DNA of 64,000 nucleotides, from NCBI GenBank assembly GCA_041499965.1, contig JBGQLG010000001.1, forward strand, positions 2,672 through 66,671. Reading direction: 5' to 3'. Every line of letters begins with the position of its first letter. Within the stretch, counting starts at the first letter, position 1. Below the pieces are notes generated by a model. That model had not been told where the DNA came from. It worked only from the letters and a program-made list of their open reading frames with translations, and did not search any database. This stretch comes from Candidatus Methylomirabilia bacterium. GTDB lineage: Bacteria; Methylomirabilota; Methylomirabilia; Rokubacteriales; CSP1-6. Shown here piece by piece: positions 9,041 to 18,061 of the stretch. A program made the translations under genes and the position numbers.

Positions 9041-9810
9041 GAGCCGCCCTCCGAGGGCTCCAGGACCTCGGCCAGGTGCAGGGCGCGCACGCGGGAACCG
9101 CGGCGCGACAGCCCACCCCGCATCTGCATGAGACAGCCGGCGTCGCAGGCGACCACGGCGTCGGCCCCGCTGGCCTCGACGCTGTCGAGCTTCTTGTCGA
9201 GGATCGCCGTCGAGACCTCGGGCAGGCGCACCGAGAACGAGCCGCCGAAGCCGCAGCACTCGTCGCAGCCGGGCAGCTCGACGAATTCCGCGCCGGCCAG
9301 GCCGCGCAGCAGCGCGCGCGGGCTCTCGGCCTCGTGCAGACCGCGCAGCAGATGGCAGGAGTCGTGATACGTGAGCCGCCCGGGCACCGCGCTCGTGAAG
9401 CGCCGCCGGCCCAGGCGCTTCACGAGGAACTGCGACAGCTCGTGCGTGCGTCCGGCCAGCCGCTCGGCGGCCGCCCGCTCGGCGGGATCGGTCATGAGGC
9501 CGGGGTACTCGTGCTTGACCATCCACGCGCACGACCCCGACGGCACCACGACCTGCTCGGCCTCGCCGAAGATCACCAGCGTGCGCCGGGCAACGGCGGC
9601 CGCGTCGGCGTGATACCCCGAGTTGAACAGTGGCAGCCCGCAGCAGGTCTGGCCGGCCGGGAACTCGACGTTGACGCCGAGGCGACGGAGCAGGCGCACG
9701 ATCCGCTCGCCGATCTCGGGATAGAAGACGTCACCCAGGCAGGTGACCATGAACGAGGCTGTCGGAGCGGGGGCCGCGAGGCCGGCTTGCTGCGTGGGTG
9801 GCCTGTTCAA
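9037..9810 (-). CDS. lutA: Lactate utilization protein A ((Fe-S) oxidoreductase, CCG domains)
   Basis: VTCLGDVFYPE and QTCCG / DECCGFGG CCG motifs. Start is TTG 9810 or ATG 9750, unresolved. Confidence 0.85.
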   Translation of the reverse strand: MNRPPTQQAGLAAPAPTASFMVTCLGDVFYPEIGERIVRLLRRLGVNVEFPAGQTCCGLPLFNSGYHADAAAVARRTLVIFGEAEQVVVPSGSCAWMVKHEYPGLMTDPAERAAAERLAGRTHELSQFLVKRLGRRRFTSAVPGRLTYHDSCHLLRGLHEAESPRALLRGLAGAEFVELPGCDECCGFGGSFSVRLPEVSTAILDKKLDSVEASGADAVVACDAGCLMQMRGGLSRRGSRVRALHLAEVLEPSEGGS

Positions 9811-9827
9811 GACGGGACGTGGCTCCG

Positions 9828-10151
9828 CTATGCGTGCGGCGGGGGCGGCGAGACGAGGACGAGGAGCAGGAGGCGCGCGCCCGAGTCGTTGACGACCCCG
9901 TGCGGCGTGCCCGCGGCGGCGACGATCGCCTCGCCGGCCTCCAGCGTCTCCTCGCCGGCCCCCACGGTGATGCGACCGCGGCCCTCGAGGACGACGTAGA
10001 CCTTGTCCTGGTCGTCGTGCGTGTGGACCTTCTGGGCCTGCCCGGGCTCGAGGGCGTAGAGGTCGAGGTGCACGCGCGCCGTGGCGCCCAGCGTGATCTT
10101 GGCCATCCGCTCGGGGGAGAACCGCGCGTGGTCGCGCAGGCGGATCTTCAC
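9828..10151 (-). CDS. Cupin domain protein
   Basis: 107 aa, H-x-H...E...H cupin pattern (KVHTHDDQDKVYVVLEG...PHGV); 4-nt overlap with the glcF stop. Confidence 0.75.
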   Translation of the reverse strand: MKIRLRDHARFSPERMAKITLGATARVHLDLYALEPGQAQKVHTHDDQDKVYVVLEGRGRITVGAGEETLEAGEAIVAAAGTPHGVVNDSGARLLLLVLVSPPPPHA

Positions 10152-11431
10152 GGGCCGCTCACGCCTGCCGCCCGGGCCAGCAACGTGACCGGGTGGACGA
10201 TCTCCAGATCGAGGCCGGCCGCGCGCGCCCCCTTGGCGATCTGCATCAGACAGCCGGGATTGCCGGCGGCGACCACGCGGGCGCCGGTCTGGCGGATGCG
10301 CGCGAGCTTGAGGTCGAGGAGACGGTCGGCCATGTCGGGCTCCAGGACATTGTAGACGCCGGCGCTGCCGCAGCAGAGGTCGCTATCGGCCAGCTCGATC
10401 AGCGTGAGGCCCGGGATCCCTCGCAGCAGGTCGCGCGGAGCCCGGCGCACCTGCTGGCCGTGCGCCAGATGACAGGCATCGTGATAGGTCACCGTCAGCG
10501 GCAGGCGCCCGAGGGGCAGCTCGGCATCGGCGAGCAGCTCGGTGACGTCGCGCGTCCGGGCGGCCAGGCGGGCCGCCGCCCCGTCGGGCAGCCAGTGGCC
10601 GTAGTCCCGCAGCGCCGAGCCGCACCCGGCCGCGTTCGTCACGACGTGGTCCACGTCCTCGGGGAGCGCCGCCGCCAGCGCCAGCGCCCGCTCGCGGAAC
10701 GTCGCCAGCCGGCCGGCGTGCAGCTCGAGCGCGCCGCAGCAGCCCTGCGCGCGCGGGACGATGACGTCCCAGCCGGCCAGCGAGAGCAGCCGCACGGTGT
10801 CGCGGTTGACGTCGTGGAAGAGATAGCGCTGCACGCAGCCGGTCAGCAGGGCCACGCGGCCGCGCGCCCTGCCTCGCGCCGGGAGGTATTCGGGGAGCGC
10901 CTCCTCGTCGGGCACGCGCTCCAGCAGCGCGTCCATCGCGGCAAGCCGCGGAAACCGGCGCAGCAGGCCGCTGGCGCGGACCACCCGCTGCATCCCCCAG
11001 CGCCGGTAGCGCCGCGCCAGGCCCAGCGCCGCGCCCAGCCGCTCGGGCCGCGGAAAGACCGCGAACAGCGCGTCCATCAGCCACCGCTGGCTCGCCGGGC
11101 GGCCCCGGCTCTCGACGTCAGCCCGCGCGATCTCGAGCAGCGTGCCGAACTTCACGCCGGCCGGGCAGGCCGTCTCGCAGGCCCGACAGCCGAGACACAG
11201 ATCGAGGTGGCGCGTGTAGGTCTCGCTGGGTGACAGCCGCCCCTCGGCCACCGCCCGCATGAGATAGAGGCGGCCGCGCGGCGAGTCCATCTCCTCGCCC
11301 AGCACGCGATAGGTCGGGCACTGCGGCAGGCAGATCCCGCAGTGGACGCAGGACCTGAGCATGGCGAGCGCCGCGGGATCGGCGAGGGCGGACGCGCTCG
11401 CCGGCGGCGCGGCGGTGGCCGAATCGGTCAT
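10148..11431 (-). CDS. glcF: Glycolate oxidase iron-sulfur subunit
   Basis: CVHCGICLPQCP and CLGCRACETACP clusters plus CCG domains. ATG at 11431 overlaps the glcE stop by 1 nt. Confidence 0.85.
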   Translation of the reverse strand: MTDSATAAPPASASALADPAALAMLRSCVHCGICLPQCPTYRVLGEEMDSPRGRLYLMRAVAEGRLSPSETYTRHLDLCLGCRACETACPAGVKFGTLLEIARADVESRGRPASQRWLMDALFAVFPRPERLGAALGLARRYRRWGMQRVVRASGLLRRFPRLAAMDALLERVPDEEALPEYLPARGRARGRVALLTGCVQRYLFHDVNRDTVRLLSLAGWDVIVPRAQGCCGALELHAGRLATFRERALALAAALPEDVDHVVTNAAGCGSALRDYGHWLPDGAAARLAARTRDVTELLADAELPLGRLPLTVTYHDACHLAHGQQVRRAPRDLLRGIPGLTLIELADSDLCCGSAGVYNVLEPDMADRLLDLKLARIRQTGARVVAAGNPGCLMQIAKGARAAGLDLEIVHPVTLLARAAGVSGP

Positions 11432-12735
11432 CAGATGCCCGCGACGAAGCGACCGGGGTTGAGCGTGCGCCGGGGATCGAACTCCTGCTTGAGGGCGCGC
11501 ATGAGCGCCAGCGCGGGCGGCGGCACTGAGCCCCAGGGGTCGACGCGCGCCCGCAGCGCGGCCGGGCCGCGCTCCACCACGACGCTGCCGCCGTCGGAGG
11601 CGACAAAGGCGCGGAGCCGCTCGACCGCCGTGGCCAGCGCCGCCGGCTCCCCCGCTCCGAGCGCGATGCGCAAAATTCCCAGCGCGGCGCCGGCGGTCAC
11701 CACGACGCTCTCGGCCGACCCCAGCGCGGCGCGCGCCTCGGCGGCGGTGGCCGCGAGCCGGCTGGCCAGCGTGCTCACCGCCAGCCTCGTCGTGCCGGTC
11801 GCGGCCAGCATGCGATCGTACGTCCGCCAGAACCCGGGGCCCATCGTCTCGACGCGCGTGCTCAGCCGCCCCGCCTCCGCCGTGACCACGGCCTGCTGGG
11901 CACGGACCGCGGACGCCACGCTGCCGAAGGAGACGACGACGGCAGCGCTCGCCGGCGGCAATCCGCACGCCGCCAGCGCGGCGCCGTCGAGCAGCTCCAG
12001 GCGATTCGGCTGTAGCGTCGAGTCGACGAGGCGGGCGGCGAGGTCCTGGCCGGCGTCGACACTGGCGACCGGGACCAGGCACGTGGCCTCGGCCTCGGGC
12101 AGCGGATGCAAGCGCAGGGTCAGCTCACCGAGCACGGCCAGCGTGCCGAGCGAGCCCACGAGCAGCTTGGGCACGTCGTAGCCGGTCACCGACTTGACCA
12201 CGCGCGAGCCGCCCCAGGTGAGCACGCCATCGGCCTGGATGAAGCGCACGCCGAGCAGCAGGTCGCGCATGGTCCCGTAACGCATGCGCAGCGGACCACT
12301 GGCGCCGGTGGCGGCGATGCCGCCGATCGTGCGGCCGCTCCAGCCCGGCGGATCCAGCGGGAGTGTCTGCCGGTGCGCGGCCAGACGCGCGGCGAGCGCC
12401 CCGGCGGTGACGCCGGCCTGCACGGTGGCCGTCATGTCCTCGGGGTTGTGCTCGACGATCGCGTCGAGGCCGCCCAGGTCGAGGACGAGATCGACGCGCT
12501 CGGGCAGGAAGCCCAGGGCCTGCGCGTGACCGCCGCCGCGCGGCACGAGCGCCAAGCCCTCGTCGTGGGCCAGCGCCACGACACGGGCCGCCTCGTCCAG
12601 CGTGCGCGGCCGGACGACCCACTGCGGGGCGTGCCCGTCGGCGGCGGCGATGCCCGCGACCGGAGCGTCGGCCACCGCGGAGGAGCCCACGATCCCGGCC
12701 AGCGCCTCGGCGAGGCCGCGCGTGGTGACGCTCAC
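11431..12735 (-). CDS. glcE: Glycolate oxidase FAD-binding subunit
   Basis: FAD PCMH-type domain (PRGGGH, GIAATGASGP, GYDVPKL); GTGA overlap with the glcD stop. Confidence 0.8.
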   Translation of the reverse strand: MSVTTRGLAEALAGIVGSSAVADAPVAGIAAADGHAPQWVVRPRTLDEAARVVALAHDEGLALVPRGGGHAQALGFLPERVDLVLDLGGLDAIVEHNPEDMTATVQAGVTAGALAARLAAHRQTLPLDPPGWSGRTIGGIAATGASGPLRMRYGTMRDLLLGVRFIQADGVLTWGGSRVVKSVTGYDVPKLLVGSLGTLAVLGELTLRLHPLPEAEATCLVPVASVDAGQDLAARLVDSTLQPNRLELLDGAALAACGLPPASAAVVVSFGSVASAVRAQQAVVTAEAGRLSTRVETMGPGFWRTYDRMLAATGTTRLAVSTLASRLAATAAEARAALGSAESVVVTAGAALGILRIALGAGEPAALATAVERLRAFVASDGGSVVVERGPAALRARVDPWGSVPPPALALMRALKQEFDPRRTLNPGRFVAGI

Positions 12736-14177
12736 ACCCACGTCCCGGCCGGCAGCACCGGCCGCTGGGGCCGGAACCCCTCCCCGCACGCCGGGTGCGA
12801 AGGCAGGAGCTTGCCGGGATTCATGATCCGGTCGGGGTCGAAGACGCCGCGCACCCGGTACATGAAGTTGAGATCGGCGTCGGCATACTGCAGCGGCAGG
12901 TTCTTGCCCTTGTCCAGGCCGTTGCCGTGCTCGCCGGTGACGCTGCCGCCCAGGGCGATGCAGGCCCGCAGCAGCTCCTCGTTGGCCTCCTTGGCGCGCT
13001 CCAGCTCCTCGGGACGGCGATCGTCGTAGCAGATCATCGGGTGCAGGTTGCCGTCGCCGGCGTGGAACACGTTGGCGATGAGCAGGCCGTACCGCTCGCC
13101 GATCGCCACGATCTCGCGCATGATCTGCGGCAGCTTCGAGCGCGGTACCACGGCGTCCTGCAACAGGTAAGCGGCGGTGAGACGCCCGACGGCGCCGGCC
13201 GCCTCCTTGCGCCCCTTCCAGAGCAGGGCGCGCTCGGCCTCGTCGCGCGCGACGCTCACCGACAGCGCGCCATGCTGGCGGCAGAGGGCCGCGGCCCGTT
13301 CGGCCTGCACCTCGACCTCGGCCTGCGGCCCGTCCAGCTCGATCAGCAGCACCGCGCCGGCGCCCTCGGGGTAGCCGGCGCCCGTGCCGGCATTGATCGC
13401 CTTGATGATCGCCTCGTCGAGCATCTCGAGAGCGGCGGGGATCATGCCGGAGGCGATGATGGCCGACACCGTCTCCGAAGCCTCCACGACGGTGCGGAAC
13501 GCCGCCAGCGCGGTCTTCACCGCCTCCGGCAGATGGGTCAGACGCACCGTCACCGACGTGACGAGCCCGAAGGTGCCCTCGGAGCCGACGGCGATGCCGG
13601 TCAGGTCGTAGCCCGGCCGGTCGGCCGTCTTGCCGCCGAGCTGCACGAGCTCCCCGTGTCCGGTGACCATCTCGAGGCCGAGCACGTGGTTGGTGGTGAT
13701 CCCGTACTTCAGGCAGTGCGGCCCGCCGGCGTTGGTGGAGACGTTGCCGCCGATCGAGGACACCATCTGGCTGGAGGGATCGGGCGCGAAGAACCAGCCG
13801 CGCTCGCGGACCGCGTTCGACAGCCACAGGTTGATGAGGCCGGGCTCAACGGTGGCGGTGCGGTTGACCGTGTCGATCTCCAGGATCGAGGCCATCCGGT
13901 TCATCCCGATCATGACGCCGCCCTGCGGCGCCATCGCGCCGCCGATCAACCCCGTCCCCGACCCGCGCGGCACGATCGGCACCCGCGCCGCCCGGCACAG
14001 CCGCACGATCGCCTGCACCTGCTCCGTCCGCACCGGCAACGCCACCGCGTCCGGCGCGCCTTTGTAAAACGTGTGCATGTCGCACTCGTACGTCATCCGC
14101 CCCTCCGGCGTCATCACCAACCCCGAAGGCCCAACGATCCGCTCCAGCTCCGCGACGAGCTCCGCACTCAATGCCAT
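12732..14177 (-). CDS. glcD: Glycolate oxidase subunit GlcD (FAD-linked oxidase)
   Basis: FAD-binding 4 domain (PRGSGTGL, GGNVSTNAGG) and the C-terminal oxidase domain. ATG 14177 fits family N-termini; TTG 14213 is the alternative. Confidence 0.9.
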   Translation of the reverse strand: MALSAELVAELERIVGPSGLVMTPEGRMTYECDMHTFYKGAPDAVALPVRTEQVQAIVRLCRAARVPIVPRGSGTGLIGGAMAPQGGVMIGMNRMASILEIDTVNRTATVEPGLINLWLSNAVRERGWFFAPDPSSQMVSSIGGNVSTNAGGPHCLKYGITTNHVLGLEMVTGHGELVQLGGKTADRPGYDLTGIAVGSEGTFGLVTSVTVRLTHLPEAVKTALAAFRTVVEASETVSAIIASGMIPAALEMLDEAIIKAINAGTGAGYPEGAGAVLLIELDGPQAEVEVQAERAAALCRQHGALSVSVARDEAERALLWKGRKEAAGAVGRLTAAYLLQDAVVPRSKLPQIMREIVAIGERYGLLIANVFHAGDGNLHPMICYDDRRPEELERAKEANEELLRACIALGGSVTGEHGNGLDKGKNLPLQYADADLNFMYRVRGVFDPDRIMNPGKLLPSHPACGEGFRPQRPVLPAGTWV

Positions 14178-14316
14178 GGCAGCCAGCAGTTTACCCCGTT
14201 GCGCAGCGAACAAAGTCCCAGACTCGCGTCAGGTGTGAGATGAGCGATCGCCGACAGGATCGAGGTGAGAGTCACGGAGCGTGAATGGCCCGAAGCGTGA
14301 GAACAACCGCGTTCGA

Positions 14317-14335
14317 GCGGCGGCTTTGCCGCCGC
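14317..14335 (-). terminator. GC-rich hairpin (8-bp stem, 3-nt loop) downstream of korB
   Basis: GCGGCGGC-ttt-GCCGCCGC; no clear U-tract on the minus strand. Confidence 0.35.
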
Positions 14336-14364
14336 AATCCTATTCTGGGGGGAGGCAGGAAGGA

Positions 14365-14382
14365 GCGCGCCGCCAGGCGCGC
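14365..14382 (-). terminator. GC-rich hairpin (7-bp stem, 4-nt loop) downstream of korB
   Basis: GCGCGCC-gcca-GGCGCGC. A third hairpin at 14391-14419 carries the korB stop codon in its loop. Confidence 0.3.
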
Positions 14383-14404
14383 GACGACCGCCGGAAGGGG
14401 GGCG

Positions 14405-15442
14405 TTAGCCCCCCTCCGGGGAAATCCGCCAGGTATCACCCGAGACCAGCAGCTTGGCGATGTCGCCGGGGCCGCGCTCGGAGAGCGCGTGCCGCTCCTG
14501 CTCCATCATGACGTCCTCGTAGATCGGCGCGGCGATGTCCAGGAACGTGCCGATGGGCACGGGGAACTCGGGCGCGAACAGGTCGGCGAGCAGCTTGGCG
14601 GCGTTGACACTCTTCTCGTCGTGGACCCACAGCGCGCTCTCCGGCGTCGTCGCGGCGTCGACGACCTTCGGCGTCACGCCCTGCATGACGACCGCCTTGC
14701 GCGCATCGGGCGGGCCGTACACCAGCGGCTTGCCGTGGGTGAGCCGGAGCTCGTAGGCGAGCTTCGAGTCCTTGTCGTAGATGACGTTCCAGGCCTTGTC
14801 GTTGTAGACGTTGCAGTTCTGCAAGATCTCCAGGAAGGCCGTGCCCCGGTGGGCCGCCGCCCGCTTCAGCATCTCGTCCATGTGGGGGATGTTGCGATCG
14901 ACCGTGCGGCCCACGAAGGTGGCGCCGCAGCCCAGGGCAAACGCCAGCGGGTTCACCGGGCGGTCGGCCGAGCCGAGCGGGGTGGACTTGGTGACCTTGC
15001 CCAGCTCGCTGGTCGGCGAATACTGGCCCTTGGTGAGGCCGTAGATCCGGTTGTTGAACAGCAGCACCGTCACGTCCACGTTGCGGCGCAGCACGTGCAG
15101 CATGTGGTTGCCGCCGATGGACAGCCCGTCGCCGTCCCCGGTGACCACGAAGATCTTCAGCTCGGGCCGCGCCACCTTGAGGCCGGTGGCCAGGGCCGGC
15201 GCCCGGCCGTGGATCGTGTGAAAGCCGTACGTGTTCATGTAGTACGGGAACCGGCTGGAGCAGCCGATGCCCGAGATGAACACGATGTTCTCCCGGGGGA
15301 TGCCGAGGTCCGGCATCGACTTCTGGATGGCGCTCAGGATCGCGTAGTCGCCGCATCCCGGGCACCAGCGAACGTCCTGGTCCGACTCGAAGTCCTTCTT
15401 GGTGTACTTGGGGGTCGCGGCACCCGCCCCGGTCGCGCTCAT
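14405..15442 (-). CDS. korB: 2-oxoacid:ferredoxin oxidoreductase, beta subunit
   Basis: WCPGCGDY and TPP-binding GDGDG motifs; ATGA overlap with the korA stop. Confidence 0.9.
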   Translation of the reverse strand: MSATGAGAATPKYTKKDFESDQDVRWCPGCGDYAILSAIQKSMPDLGIPRENIVFISGIGCSSRFPYYMNTYGFHTIHGRAPALATGLKVARPELKIFVVTGDGDGLSIGGNHMLHVLRRNVDVTVLLFNNRIYGLTKGQYSPTSELGKVTKSTPLGSADRPVNPLAFALGCGATFVGRTVDRNIPHMDEMLKRAAAHRGTAFLEILQNCNVYNDKAWNVIYDKDSKLAYELRLTHGKPLVYGPPDARKAVVMQGVTPKVVDAATTPESALWVHDEKSVNAAKLLADLFAPEFPVPIGTFLDIAAPIYEDVMMEQERHALSERGPGDIAKLLVSGDTWRISPEGG

Positions 15443-17310
15443 GGCTGACTCCCGGTCAGTTGGTTGATGGCGTCCTGGATCTCGTCGCTGGCCAGTGGCA
15501 ACCCCCGCACGCGGTTGAAGCCCACCGCGTCCACGAGGTACTCCGCCCGCAGCACCCGCACGAGCTGGCCGCTGTTGATCTCGGGCACCAGCACCTTGCG
15601 GTACTCGCGCAGGATGTGGCCGAGGTCGGGCGGCAGCGGGTTGAGGTGACGCAGGTGGATCGAGGCGACGGACTTGCCCGCGGCCTGTGCGCGCTCGACG
15701 GCGGCCGTGATCGACCCGTAGGTGCCGCCCCAGCCGACCACCAGCAAGTCGCCGGTGGCCGGGCCGTTGATCGAGGTGGGCGGAATCTCCTGGCCCACGC
15801 GGCGCACCTTCTCGGCGCGGGTGCGGACCATGTGGTCGTGGTTGTCGGGGTCGTAGGAGATGTTGCCGGTCACGTCCTGCTTCTCGATGCCGCCGATGCG
15901 GTGCTCCAGCCCCGGCGTGCCCGGCCGCACCCACGGACGGGCCAGCGTGGCGGGATCGCGCAGGTAAGGAAAGAAGCCCTCCTGCTCCGTCCGGAAGTGG
16001 ACGTCGATCGGCGGCAGCGTGGCGGGATCGGGGATGAGCCACGGCTCCGAGCCGTTGGCCAGGAAGCCGTCGGACAGGACCATCACCGGGACCATGTACT
16101 TCACGGCGATGCGCACCGCCTCGTAGGCGACGTAGAAGCAGTCGCCCGGCGTGGCCGGCGCCAGCACGACGATCGGCGACTCGCTGTTGCGACCGTAGAG
16201 CGCCTGCATGAGGTCGGCTTGCTCGGTCTTGGTCGGCATGCCGGTCGAGGGGCCGGCCCGCTGGATGTTGAAGATGACCAGCGGCAGCTCGGCCGTCACG
16301 GCCAGGCCGATGGCCTCGCCCTTGAGCGCGATGCCCGGGCCGCTCGAGCAGGTGACGCCGATGGCCCCGCCGAAGGCGGCGCCGATGGCGGCCGTGGCCG
16401 CGGCGATCTCGTCTTCCGCCTGGATGGTCCGGACTCGGAAGCGCTTGTGCATCGCCAGCTCCTCGAGGACGCTCGAGGCCGGCGTGATCGGGTAGGCGCC
16501 GTACACGACGGTCAGGGTGGATCGCTGGGCGGCGGCCAGCAGGCCCCAGGCCAGCGCCCGGTTGCCCGTCATCGCCCGGTAGAGGCCCGGCGCCATCTCG
16601 GCCGGCTCGATGCGGTACGACTCCTCGAAGAGTTCCGCGGTCTCGCCGAAGGCATGGCCCGCCTTCAGCACGCGCGTGTTGGCCTCGGCGATGGCCTCGC
16701 TCTTGGCGAACTTCTTGTTGATCCAGTCGAGCGTCGGCTCCAGCGGGCGCGTGTAGATCCACGAGACCAGCCCGAGCGCGAAGAAGTTCTTGGTGCGGTC
16801 CTTCTCCTTCGTGTCGAGCTTGAGGTCGGTGATGGCCTGGTGGGTGAGCCCGCTCATGTCGACCTTGTGCAGGCGATAGCGCTCGGCCAGCGCGGGATCG
16901 TCGAGGGGATTCGAGGCGTAGCCGGCCTTGTCGAGGTTGCGCTTCTCGTAGGCCGCCGTGTTCACGATGAGCAGGCCACCCGGCTTGAGGTCGCTGAGGT
17001 GGACCTTGAGCGCGGCGGGGTTCATCGCGACCAGGCAGTCCAGCCGGTCACCCGGCGTGTAGACGCGCTGGCTACCGAACTGGAGCTGGAAGCTGGAGAC
17101 GCCGAAGAGCGTGCCGGCGGGGGCGCGAATCTCGGCCGGAAAGTTGGGGAGCGTCGCGAGGTCGTTGCCGGCCCAGGCCGATTCGGTCGTGAATTGCTCG
17201 CCCGTCAGCTGCATCCCGTCACCGGAGTCGCCGGCGAACCGGATCACCGCCCGATCCAGCTCCTTACGCGCCTTCCCGGCTCCTTTGACGGGCGTGGCCG
17301 TCTCGCTCAT
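15439..17310 (-). CDS. korA: 2-oxoacid:ferredoxin oxidoreductase, alpha subunit (fused gamma-like N-terminal domain)
   Basis: Family sequence throughout. ATG 17310 is preceded by GAGAGGGAGAGG; the track start 17370 is less likely. Confidence 0.9.
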   Translation of the reverse strand: MSETATPVKGAGKARKELDRAVIRFAGDSGDGMQLTGEQFTTESAWAGNDLATLPNFPAEIRAPAGTLFGVSSFQLQFGSQRVYTPGDRLDCLVAMNPAALKVHLSDLKPGGLLIVNTAAYEKRNLDKAGYASNPLDDPALAERYRLHKVDMSGLTHQAITDLKLDTKEKDRTKNFFALGLVSWIYTRPLEPTLDWINKKFAKSEAIAEANTRVLKAGHAFGETAELFEESYRIEPAEMAPGLYRAMTGNRALAWGLLAAAQRSTLTVVYGAYPITPASSVLEELAMHKRFRVRTIQAEDEIAAATAAIGAAFGGAIGVTCSSGPGIALKGEAIGLAVTAELPLVIFNIQRAGPSTGMPTKTEQADLMQALYGRNSESPIVVLAPATPGDCFYVAYEAVRIAVKYMVPVMVLSDGFLANGSEPWLIPDPATLPPIDVHFRTEQEGFFPYLRDPATLARPWVRPGTPGLEHRIGGIEKQDVTGNISYDPDNHDHMVRTRAEKVRRVGQEIPPTSINGPATGDLLVVGWGGTYGSITAAVERAQAAGKSVASIHLRHLNPLPPDLGHILREYRKVLVPEINSGQLVRVLRAEYLVDAVGFNRVRGLPLASDEIQDAINQLTGSQP

Positions 17311-17471
17311 CGCCTCTCCCTCTCTCGCAGTTGTGAGCCGCTCATCCGCTTCGGTTGCCCCGATTCGCATCCACCGCGCATACCCCGTCCCGGCACAGTG
17401 TCGGTCTCGGGATGACCGCTGAGTCGGCCGACCGGCGGAGTACCGGTGCGGCGTCGGCAGGGGCGTGATTG

Positions 17472-17500
17472 ATATTATCGAAGGGTTCCGGCCGGGGCAA
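17472..17500 (-). promoter_or_regulatory. Candidate sigma70-type promoter for korAB
   Basis: Minus strand TTGCCC-17 nt-TAATAT, about 160 nt upstream of the korA ATG. The -10 lies in the near-palindrome GATAATATC. Confidence 0.3.
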
Positions 17501-17513
17501 GGTATATCCCCGC

Positions 17514-18038
17514 TCAGCCCGCGTCGATCTCGTGCGGCCGCTTGAGCGCGCCGGCCGGCGGCAGATTGAGCACGGCCTCGGGAAACAAGCCGGCCAGCCA
17601 GCGGATGACGTCGGTCACCGTCACCACCCCGAGCGGGCGCCGCTCGGCGTCCACCAGGGGCACCGTGCGGTAGCCGGCCACGCTCATCGAGTGCACCGCG
17701 TAGGCCACACGATCGGCCGGCCGCAGCGCGTCGGGATCGCGTGTCATGACGGCGGCCAGCGCGGTCTGCTTCGGGTCGCGCCCTTGGCCGGCGACGCGCG
17801 TGAGGACGTCCCGCTCGGTGAAGATCCCGGTCAAGCGACCGTCGGCATCGACGATCAGCACGCCGGCCTGCCGTCGCTGCAGCATCCGCTCGATGGCCTC
17901 CTGCACGGTGGCGCTCTCGCCCAGGCAGATCGGCTCGGCGGGGCCGAGGACCGCGATCTGATCGTTCAAGAGCGCGCCCCGGATCTCCTGGAGCTCGCTC
18001 TCCACCACGGCCGGATCGATCTCGTCGAAATCCGTCAT
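17514..18038 (-). CDS. CBS domain pair protein
   Basis: 174 aa with two CBS repeats (VLIVDADGRLTGIFTERDV; VPLVDAERRPLGVVTVTDV). ATG 18038 is preceded by GGGAGGAG. Confidence 0.8.
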   Translation of the reverse strand: MTDFDEIDPAVVESELQEIRGALLNDQIAVLGPAEPICLGESATVQEAIERMLQRRQAGVLIVDADGRLTGIFTERDVLTRVAGQGRDPKQTALAAVMTRDPDALRPADRVAYAVHSMSVAGYRTVPLVDAERRPLGVVTVTDVIRWLAGLFPEAVLNLPPAGALKRPHEIDAG

Positions 18039-18061
18039 CGTTCTCCTCCCACGCGTCGCGT

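Noticed and set aside
6873-9116. Very long track ORFs that look like multi-domain fusions (6873..9116, 7619..9532, 10148..12082, 11431..13827, 14405..16762, 38049..39464, 42410..43372, 51448..53331, 61975..63933)
   Set aside because: Only their C-terminal parts match protein families. The N-terminal extensions are Arg/Pro/Gly-rich read-through of the upstream gene in another frame. Each has an internal ATG or GTG forming a 1-4 nt overlap with the upstream stop.
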